This document shows, piece by piece, positions 17,989 to 24,560 of a DNA stretch of 24,560 nt. The DNA comes from a virus. Taxonomy: Duplodnaviria > Caudoviricetes. The notes under the pieces were generated by a model. That model did not search any database. It was given only the letters and a program-made list of their open reading frames with translations, and was not told where the DNA came from. The stretch is from IMG/VR virus record IMGVR_UViG_3300017716_001193, positions 1-24,560 of that record. One strand, given 5' to 3'. Every line of letters begins with the position of its first letter. Within the stretch, counting starts at the first letter, position 1. The translations under genes were made by a program, and so were the position numbers.

Positions 17989-18843
17989 ATGGCAAACGCC
18001 AGAGGAAAGTCTATTGACAACACTCACCTGAGCATTGATCAGGCTGAAGAACGTGGCTTTATTCATCGCGACTACATCGCCCACTGCCTTCGTTGGACGC
18101 ACGTGGCAAAGTGGATGGGCAATCCTAAACACCGGAAAGATTGCAAGCTGCTTGACATTGGCTGCGGCAAAGACGTGCCATTGGCTAAGATGCTGATGAC
18201 TAGCCGTATGGCGTCTGATGGCCTTGACTACATCGGCATTGACTACAACAAGCTTGAGATGCCAAAGGCCTTTGAGAATACAAAGTTTAAACCCACTCTG
18301 ATCGGCAACGTGGCTTTCCCAGACTGCAAGCTGCCTCATGAAAAGTTTGACGTCATCACAAGCTTTGAGGTCCTTGAGCACGTAGAGCCGCTGCACGCCT
18401 ACAAGATGCTGGAAGGTATTCGCGATCGGCTGGCGCCTGAAGGAATGGCGTTCTTGTCTACTCCTGTGTACGACCCAAAAGTCGGCGCAGCAGACAACCA
18501 CGTCAATGAGATGACTTACAAAGTGATGCAGCTGATGCTCAACAAGGTTGGCCTTGAGGTTGATGCTCACTACGGCACTTTTGCCTCAATCAAAGACTAC
18601 AAGGAAATGGTTGGTAAAGATGATCTCGATGGAGTGTTCAACCGCCTGCGTGATTACTATGACAGCAACTACCTGGCAACTATCTTTGCCCCGTTATATC
18701 CCCATCGTGCTCGCAATGTGTTGTGGCGTGTCAAGCTGCCCAAGACTACTGACATGTTTGAAGCTGGCAAATTTGGCGACCTTACTAAGCCCCTCTCGAG
18801 CAGCGAAGCGTGGCAACCGCTCTTTGACTATGTAGGAGAGTAA
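17989..18843 (+). CDS. Class I SAM-dependent methyltransferase (UbiG/Methyltransf_23-like)
   Basis: RBS AGGAG; motif I LLDIGCG, YIGID, FDVITSFEVLEHV and L.PEG.AFLSTP. Lacks the DPPY/NPPY/PCQ motifs of DNA methyltransferases. Confidence 0.88.
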   Translation: MANARGKSIDNTHLSIDQAEERGFIHRDYIAHCLRWTHVAKWMGNPKHRKDCKLLDIGCGKDVPLAKMLMTSRMASDGLDYIGIDYNKLEMPKAFENTKFKPTLIGNVAFPDCKLPHEKFDVITSFEVLEHVEPLHAYKMLEGIRDRLAPEGMAFLSTPVYDPKVGAADNHVNEMTYKVMQLMLNKVGLEVDAHYGTFASIKDYKEMVGKDDLDGVFNRLRDYYDSNYLATIFAPLYPHRARNVLWRVKLPKTTDMFEAGKFGDLTKPLSSSEAWQPLFDYVGE

Positions 18844-18845
18844 GC

Positions 18846-19235
18846 ATGGACCTTTTCATGATGGTGGCTGAGTTCCATAAGAAGTTTGATTTAGAGCCTA
18901 CTGATCAGCCAGGCTTTCCAATTGAAGAGATTTGGAGGCTTAAAAACATTCACATGCAAGAAGAGCTAGATGAGATCAAAGTTGCTGCCGCAAACGGTGA
19001 CCTTGAGGAGTATTTCGACGGCCTAATTGATCTTATCTACGTTGCCTTAGGCGCAGCCTACTTAGCCAAGCTGCCGTTTGAGCAAGGGTTTCTGCGGGTA
19101 CACAAAGCCAACATGACAAAAATTAGGGCATTGAGGTCAGAAGATAGCAAAAGAAGGTCCGCTTATGATATAGTGAAACCTGCAGGATTCGTGGCTCCAA
19201 CGCTTACGGACCTCATCAGAAAGGAGAAAGAATGA
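18846..19235 (+). CDS. MazG-like all-alpha NTP pyrophosphohydrolase (DR2231/PRA-PH type)
   Basis: V.EFH.KF, EELDE, DGLIDLIYVALG, VH.ANM.K and KP.GF..P. Confidence 0.88.
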   Translation: MDLFMMVAEFHKKFDLEPTDQPGFPIEEIWRLKNIHMQEELDEIKVAAANGDLEEYFDGLIDLIYVALGAAYLAKLPFEQGFLRVHKANMTKIRALRSEDSKRRSAYDIVKPAGFVAPTLTDLIRKEKE

Positions 19236-20224
19236 AAGGCATTATTGTCATTGATGGTTGTGATGGCACAGGCAAGACTACGCTTGCTAAAGCTATTTGC
19301 GATAAGTACGATGGCGTCTACATTCACAACACGTACCGCTGGCCTGCCAAGATGCCGCTGTATCACACAGCTGCCCTTCATCGCGCGTTAAAACTCGCGA
19401 AGACTCGTTTGGTTGTCATCGATCGCTTGTGGATGAGTGAAGCCATCTATGCAGAGGTCTATCGTGATGGTAGCCCTTGGCCACACATGGGTCGCATGAT
19501 TGATCGCATTGTTCGCAAGGCAGGTGGTCTTTACATCTTGACGCAATCGCCACAAGGCCATAGCGAAAAGTTTGAGAAGCTAAAGACTGAGCGCGATGAG
19601 ATGTACGACAATGTAGACCAAGTGCGTGTGCGCTTTGATCAGCTGTTTGCTGGTGGCTACTCTGGTCATGATCGTGACTATGCTCAGCATCTGTCTGTGT
19701 TTGGCATGTGCACTCGCGATGATGTGCTGCCTTACCGCTATGACGTTGAAGGCCGTGATCTTGACGTCTACATCAGCATGGTGATGTCTGTGCTTGACTC
19801 GCGACGCGCCAAGCAATATGAACCAGCCTTGCATCTGCACACTAAAAACTTTGCAGGGCATTTGCACGAGGCGCATATCATAATTGTTGGCGACAAGGCT
19901 AACAGCAAGCTGCGCGCAGTCAGCTGGCCATTCTATGACTTTGGCAATTGCAGCGAGTTCTTTGCTAGTGTTCTTCACGATCTTGTGTTTGATGAGACAC
20001 AAGCTGTCTACGTCAATGCGCATGATGGTAACGGCCCTTTGTACGTCAATGATTGCTTACGTGCAAAGCCTTACATGAAAGTCATCTGCCTTGGTAACCA
20101 GGCCTTTGACACCATGAGCTCATTTACTCGCAAGGCGTACAAGGTTATGCATCCATCTTACGCAAAGCGTTTTAACAAGCGGGCTGAGTTTACTTTAGAA
20201 CTTGAGGAGATCATCAATGGTTAA
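19232..20224 (+). CDS. dNMP (thymidylate-type) kinase fused to a uracil-DNA-glycosylase-like domain
   Basis: N-terminal IIVIDGCDGTGKTT P-loop and VIDR.W.SE.IY. C-terminal IIIVGDKAN...WPF...VYVNA...VICLGN.A...HPSY follows the UDG-superfamily motif order. Confidence 0.8.
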   Translation: MKGIIVIDGCDGTGKTTLAKAICDKYDGVYIHNTYRWPAKMPLYHTAALHRALKLAKTRLVVIDRLWMSEAIYAEVYRDGSPWPHMGRMIDRIVRKAGGLYILTQSPQGHSEKFEKLKTERDEMYDNVDQVRVRFDQLFAGGYSGHDRDYAQHLSVFGMCTRDDVLPYRYDVEGRDLDVYISMVMSVLDSRRAKQYEPALHLHTKNFAGHLHEAHIIIVGDKANSKLRAVSWPFYDFGNCSEFFASVLHDLVFDETQAVYVNAHDGNGPLYVNDCLRAKPYMKVICLGNQAFDTMSSFTRKAYKVMHPSYAKRFNKRAEFTLELEEIING

Positions 20225-21011
20225 CACTACCAACATGAACTGGCAGGGCCTGCTTGACATCATCATGACCAGCGGTCTTGAGACAAGCCCAAGGGGCAAG
20301 AAGACAAAAGAGCTGCTTGGCTTCAAGTCAATGATTGACATGAACCAGCCGATCATCACTATCAAAGAACGCAATCTTGGCTACAAGTTTATGGCAGCTG
20401 AAGCAGCTTGGATTATGTCTGGTGACAACCGCGTCAGTACCATTGCCCCATTTAGCAAGGCTATCAGCGGCTTCTCTGACGACGGCATTTTATTCTTTGG
20501 CGCCTACGGTCCAAGAGTACGCGATCAACTTGGCCATGTAGTCCAGTGCTTGCTTGAGGATCAAGATTCACGTCAGGCCGTCATCACTATATGGCGTCCT
20601 AATCCGCGCAAGTCTAAAGACATTCCCTGCACGATCAGCTGCCAGTTTGTGATTCGCAAGGGGGTCATTCATTGCTTTATGAACATGCGGTCGTCTGATG
20701 CTTGGCTTGGCGTGCCATACGACTGGTTTAACTTCAGCATGCTGTCTGCTGGTGTTGCGCTGATGCTGCGTGAGAAGGGTATCAACGTCACGCTTGGCTG
20801 CCTGCACTTCTATGCTGCTAGCCAGCACCTGTATGAAGATAACTGGTGGAAGGTTGAAGCCTGTTTGAGTGGCCAGATCTTAGGCGACTACGCCCCAATT
20901 GATCTTGAGTACTTTAATGACTACGACCACTTGGTCAATCACCTGTGGACGTTTGCTCACACTCACGTGCACAACGGCTTTTTAAAGGAATTAACAGAAT
21001 GGAAAGGCTAA
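20217..21011 (+). CDS. Thymidylate-synthase-family enzyme, predicted dCMP-specific (hydroxymethylase/methylase/hydroxylase)
   Basis: Start moved to the ATG at 20217 (RBS GAGGAG). Motifs AEAAWI, GAYGPR, DSRQA, catalytic DIPCT (Cys138), MRSSDAWLGVPYD (Asp169) and SQHLYE. Confidence 0.88.
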   Translation: MVNTTNMNWQGLLDIIMTSGLETSPRGKKTKELLGFKSMIDMNQPIITIKERNLGYKFMAAEAAWIMSGDNRVSTIAPFSKAISGFSDDGILFFGAYGPRVRDQLGHVVQCLLEDQDSRQAVITIWRPNPRKSKDIPCTISCQFVIRKGVIHCFMNMRSSDAWLGVPYDWFNFSMLSAGVALMLREKGINVTLGCLHFYAASQHLYEDNWWKVEACLSGQILGDYAPIDLEYFNDYDHLVNHLWTFAHTHVHNGFLKELTEWKG

Positions 21012-21505
21012 GCAAAGATGCATACTTTTCGGAGCTTGCTGCTCTCGTTAGCAGAAGGGGTACGTGCGCAAGGCGGCTTGTTGGCTGTGTGCTTGTATGC
21101 AGTAGGGGGCACGTTCTTGCTACTGGTTACAACGGCGTGCCTTCTGGTCATATCCATTGCATTGATAGCCGGTGTCCCGGTGCTGATCTTCCTTCAGGCA
21201 CTGGCTTGGATAAGTGTGAAGCTGTCCATGCTGAACAAAATGCGCTCCTCCAATGCAAAGACGTAAACTTCATCGACACGGCTTACGTGACGGCAATGCC
21301 CTGCATGACCTGCATGAAACTGCTCCTCAACACAAGCTGCCGTCGCATCGTCTACATCGAACCTTACCCGCACGAAGAAGCAAAACAACTCTGGATTAAA
21401 AATGGACGAATCATCCTATCAGCCGCCGAAGCACTTTCCCAACTTACTCGTGGCAAAGAGAATCGCAATCGACTGCGAGACGCGCGACCCGAACTTAATG
21501 ACTAA
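20999..21505 (+). CDS. dCMP deaminase (ComEB-like)
   Basis: Start moved to the ATG at 20999 (RBS AAGGA). Motifs TC.RR.VGCVLV, ATGYNG.P, HAEQNA and PCMTC. Confidence 0.92.
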   Translation: MERLSKDAYFSELAALVSRRGTCARRLVGCVLVCSRGHVLATGYNGVPSGHIHCIDSRCPGADLPSGTGLDKCEAVHAEQNALLQCKDVNFIDTAYVTAMPCMTCMKLLLNTSCRRIVYIEPYPHEEAKQLWIKNGRIILSAAEALSQLTRGKENRNRLRDARPELND

Positions 21506-23264
21506 GGGACCTGGCGGCGTACGTAAGGATGGCTACATCGTTGGATTTTCTGTGGCAACAGACGACGGCTTTGCAGAGTACTACCCTGTGCGCCATGCAG
21601 CTGGCGGCAACTTAAATCCGGACAATGCCTTTGCTTGGCTTCGTGATATGCTGAAGACAGACATTCCTAAGGTTGGGGCTAACTTGCCGTACGACCTTGA
21701 GTGGCTGCTGACAGAGGGCATCAGGGTAGGAGGGCCTAAGTACGACGTGCAGATTGCAGAGCCCTTGCTTGATGAGGACCGTATCACATACAAGCTTGAC
21801 GCGCTGGCCGAGTCTTACTTAGGCGAGCATAAGGACGAGACCGCCCTTATTGCTGCAGCAGTCCGCCGCGGTATTCATCCTAGCAAAGTCAAAGAAAACC
21901 TGTGGCAGTTTCACGCGTCTGAAGTGGCGCCCTACGGCCGCAAGGATGCAGACCTGCCAATACGCATCTTTGCCCAGCAAGAGATTCTCTTGCACGACGA
22001 GAAGCTTTGGGAAGTGTTTGACACCGAGACGCAATTAGTCGACGTGTTGGTTGCCATGCGCCAACGTGGCGTTCCTGTGGACCTTCAACGTGCCCATACA
22101 GTTAAGGCGCAACTACTTGATGAGCAAGGCAAGCTCACGGAGCAGCTGAAGAAGGTGGCTGAGCGGGACATAGACATCTGGTCTGGTGATGACATACAAG
22201 CAGCCAGTGATGCATTGAAGTTGGATTACCCAAAGACTGAAAAGGGGAATGCTAGTTTTCCCAGTGAGTTTCTTGAAGCTAGTGAACATGAATTTTTCTC
22301 CTTGATTTCGAAGGTCCGAAAGCTTGACCGGGCCGGTGGAGTATTTATCGATAGCAAGATTATTCAGATGGAAAATAATGGCAAGATCTACCCGACGTTC
22401 CGTCAAGTCCGCGATGATAGAGGCGGTACAAAGTCTGGGCGTTTTGCGTCGGCTAATCCGAACATGCAACAAGTGCCTGCTCGAGATCCGGTTTTGGCTC
22501 CTCTCATACGAAGTATTTTTGTGCCGGAAGCGGGCTGCCAATGGGGCGTTTTCGACTACTCGCAGCAAGAGCCGCGTGTCACGGTTCACTACAGCTACCT
22601 TAGAGGCTTTCCAGGGGCTGATGCAGCGAGGAATCAGTATCTTGATGATCCGAACACTGACTACCATCAGCTGGTTGCTGACATGGCTGGAATCAGTCGT
22701 AAAAACGCAAAGACGCTAAATCTTGGTTTGGCCTACGGTATGGGTGCTGCTAAGGCAGCCACGCAACTGGGCCTGCCGCCAGCAGAAGCAAAGCGCGTCT
22801 ACGACCAATACCACGAGAACGTGCCGTTTATCAAAGCGCTTGGAGAAGAGTGCACGCGGATCGCTACCAACAGGGGCTACGTTAAGACGTTCTTAGGACG
22901 CCGCCGTAGGTTCCAGCTGTTTGGACCTCCCAAGTACAGCGCAGGCCTTATCCCGTTAAAGAAAGACGTGGCTGAAGAAAAGTACGGGCTACCTTTGAAG
23001 CGGTACTTTGTCCATAAGGCCATGAACGCCGTTATCCAAGGATCGTCTGCCGACATGATTAAGCTGGCGATGATCAACCTGTTTAAAAAAGGCGAAGTAC
23101 CTCATCTAACTATCCACGATGAATTGGACTTCAGTGTGCAAAATTTGGATCATGCCCGAATGATTCGTCAGGAGATGTTGACATGCGTGGATTTGTCAGT
23201 TCCGTTAAAAGTAGATTGCGAGCTTGGACCCAGTTGGGGAGAAGCAGTGGAGGTGCAGCTATGA
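21402..23264 (+). CDS. polA: Family A DNA polymerase with 3'-5' exonuclease
   Basis: Exonuclease motifs IAIDCET, N..YD and Y...D; polymerase motifs GRFASANPNMQQVP, A DYSQQEPR, B RKNAKTLNLGLAYG, IQGSSAD and C IHDEL. Confidence 0.96.
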   Translation: MDESSYQPPKHFPNLLVAKRIAIDCETRDPNLMTKGPGGVRKDGYIVGFSVATDDGFAEYYPVRHAAGGNLNPDNAFAWLRDMLKTDIPKVGANLPYDLEWLLTEGIRVGGPKYDVQIAEPLLDEDRITYKLDALAESYLGEHKDETALIAAAVRRGIHPSKVKENLWQFHASEVAPYGRKDADLPIRIFAQQEILLHDEKLWEVFDTETQLVDVLVAMRQRGVPVDLQRAHTVKAQLLDEQGKLTEQLKKVAERDIDIWSGDDIQAASDALKLDYPKTEKGNASFPSEFLEASEHEFFSLISKVRKLDRAGGVFIDSKIIQMENNGKIYPTFRQVRDDRGGTKSGRFASANPNMQQVPARDPVLAPLIRSIFVPEAGCQWGVFDYSQQEPRVTVHYSYLRGFPGADAARNQYLDDPNTDYHQLVADMAGISRKNAKTLNLGLAYGMGAAKAATQLGLPPAEAKRVYDQYHENVPFIKALGEECTRIATNRGYVKTFLGRRRRFQLFGPPKYSAGLIPLKKDVAEEKYGLPLKRYFVHKAMNAVIQGSSADMIKLAMINLFKKGEVPHLTIHDELDFSVQNLDHARMIRQEMLTCVDLSVPLKVDCELGPSWGEAVEVQL

Positions 23265-23668
23265 AAGAGAGCCAGTTCTGGGCGCTGGTCAAAAGCCATT
23301 TGCCAGGACATGCTGAACGCGTTGAGAACGCTTTGACAAGGGGAACGCCTGACGTCAACATGTGCCACGAATCAATAGAGCTATGGTTAGAGCTCAAGAT
23401 TTTAGATGCCAAGGGTAGTTGTCAGCTTAGGCCAGAACAGATTCTCTGGCATCGCAAGAGGCAAGAGCACGGGGGCCGTGTGTTTGTGTTGGCTAGGAAC
23501 GAAGAGATGCTCAAGATTCTTCAGGTTCAACGGAGCATGGAGACGTTTGAGATCTGGACTTGTAGTAAGCCATTTAATTGGGATAGCATGAACGATTTAT
23601 TGCTTAACGTCCCGCCTTTTTGCACTGAGTATACGCTGCGCAATATGCAGTATGGAGGAAAACAATGA
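23261..23668 (+). CDS. PD-(D/E)xK nuclease (VRR-NUC / Holliday junction resolvase-like)
   Basis: Start moved to the ATG at 23261 (ATGA overlap, RBS GGAGG). Motifs MKES.FW, RVEN...GTPDV, WLELK, LRPEQ..W and GGRVFVL. Confidence 0.85.
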   Translation: MKESQFWALVKSHLPGHAERVENALTRGTPDVNMCHESIELWLELKILDAKGSCQLRPEQILWHRKRQEHGGRVFVLARNEEMLKILQVQRSMETFEIWTCSKPFNWDSMNDLLLNVPPFCTEYTLRNMQYGGKQ

Positions 23669-23982
23669 CAGTTTATGTTGTACAAGAATCGCCAAAGTTT
23701 AATCTGCTGCCCGCAGCGGAATACGGCGACTTACAAACCTTGCTGCCGCCTGGACAAGTGATGATGGCAACTGCTCCAACCATCCGAGTCTTGCGCGAAA
23801 AGCTTCGTAGTTTTTCGGACAGCGATTTTCTTTTAGCTATTGGCGACCCCATTGCCATTGGCATGTCCGTAGCAATTGCCGCTGGCTTCAATGGCGGCAA
23901 GATCAAGATGCTTAAGTGGGATCGCCAAGAGCATCGTTACTACGCCCTTGAGGCAGACCTTACAGGAGTTAGAAATGCTTGA
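23665..23982 (+). CDS. Hypothetical alpha/beta protein in the replication module
   Basis: 105 aa with RBS GGAGG and ATGA overlap; motifs DFLL.IGDP and LKWDRQ..RYY. Confidence 0.75.
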   Translation: MTVYVVQESPKFNLLPAAEYGDLQTLLPPGQVMMATAPTIRVLREKLRSFSDSDFLLAIGDPIAIGMSVAIAAGFNGGKIKMLKWDRQEHRYYALEADLTGVRNA

Positions 23983-24523
23983 ACACGAAATGTTGGCCGA
24001 CAGTGCATCCATTGAACGAGCCGGTCTTAGCAAGATCAGTAGCCTCGCAGGGCGCTACACAGATCTTGATGAAGAGATCAAAGAAGCGGAGACGCAACTA
24101 AAGGTCTTAAAGGAACATGCTCGGGAGATTGCTGAAAAGCAATTGCCTGACGCCATGGCAGAAGTAGGTATGGCAAAGTTTACGCTTACAGACGGTAGTG
24201 AAGTGACCGTCAAACCGTACTACAGCGCCAAGATCAGTGACGAGAAACGTGAAGAGTGCTTTGGCTGGTTGCAAGACAACGGCCACGAGGCGCTAATCAA
24301 AGACGAAGTCGTCCTGACATTCAATCGCGGTGAGCACGAGAAGGCCGAAGAGTTTAAAGCCCAGCTAGAAAAGCAGGGTCTGGACTATTCTGGCAAGATG
24401 GGTGTTCATCCTCAGACTTTGACAGCCTTCGTCAAAGAGCAAGTGGAAAGCGGAGCCGAATTTCCCCTTGAACTTTTCAACGTTTATATCGGCCAAATTG
24501 CAAAAATCAAAAGGAGTAAGTGA
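23975..24523 (+). CDS. Hypothetical protein with an N-terminal coiled coil (phage replication module)
   Basis: Start moved to the ATG at 23975 (RBS AGGAG). Coiled coil followed by LP..M.E.G, WL..NGH..LIK and VHPQTL.AFVKE. Confidence 0.75.
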   Translation: MLEHEMLADSASIERAGLSKISSLAGRYTDLDEEIKEAETQLKVLKEHAREIAEKQLPDAMAEVGMAKFTLTDGSEVTVKPYYSAKISDEKREECFGWLQDNGHEALIKDEVVLTFNRGEHEKAEEFKAQLEKQGLDYSGKMGVHPQTLTAFVKEQVESGAEFPLELFNVYIGQIAKIKRSK

Positions 24524-24525
24524 TT

Positions 24526-24560
24526 ATGGTTAAGAAGACAGAAGTGGCTGTTGCGCAGCC
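24526..24560 (+). CDS. Start of the next gene (3' truncated), product unknown
   Basis: RBS AAGGAG at 24511 and ATG at 24526; the frame is open to the window end (MVKKTEVAVAQ). Confidence 0.6.
   Translation, partial: MVKKTEVAVAQ

Noticed and set aside
17965-18570. 201-aa minus-strand ORF
   Set aside because: Antisense shadow of the methyltransferase.
17989-18843. Calling this gene a restriction-modification DNA methyltransferase
   Set aside because: No DPPY/NPPY/SPPY or PCQ/ENV motifs.
20217-21011. Calling this gene canonical thyA or a dUMP hydroxymethylase
   Set aside because: The specificity residue is Asp rather than Asn.
1305-23974. ORF-track starts at 1305, 4356, 20202, 20945, 23183 and 23876
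   Set aside because: Downstream ATGs (1329, 4389, 20217, 20999, 23261, 23975) have better RBS or stop-start coupling.
230-24033. Other minus-strand and nested alternate-frame ORFs (e.g. 6437-6922, 19580-20023, 22113-22667)
   Set aside because: All lie within a fully packed + strand gene set and lack motifs or RBS support.

Overview
This window is part of a tailed dsDNA phage genome with P22/HTVC010P-style podovirus architecture; the host is probably a Proteobacterium, which is an inference. Every real gene is on the + strand and the genes are tightly packed, often with ATGA/TAATG overlaps. From 1 to 16646 is a late module: 3TM holin, M15 peptidase endolysin, head-tail adaptor, tail fibre-like protein, tail hub, then an acyl carrier protein (ACP) and a GNAT-like protein, followed by four ejection/cargo proteins. 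From 16647 to 16956 is a non-coding junction with a ~180-bp imperfect inverted repeat and a terminator-like hairpin. From 16957 to 24560 is an early/replication module: DUF932, then a nucleotide-modification cluster (SAM methyltransferase, MazG-like NTP pyrophosphatase, dNMP kinase-UDG-like fusion, thymidylate-synthase homologue with a dCMP-type Asp, dCMP deaminase), family A DNA polymerase, a PD-(D/E)xK nuclease and hypotheticals. There are two candidate undescribed systems: (1) ACP + GNAT-like protein + Met-Gly ejection proteins, suggesting acylation of virion proteins; (2) a cytosine-modification pathway that includes a UbiG-like methyltransferase and a kinase-UDG fusion. All family calls come from reading motifs by eye; no searches were run.
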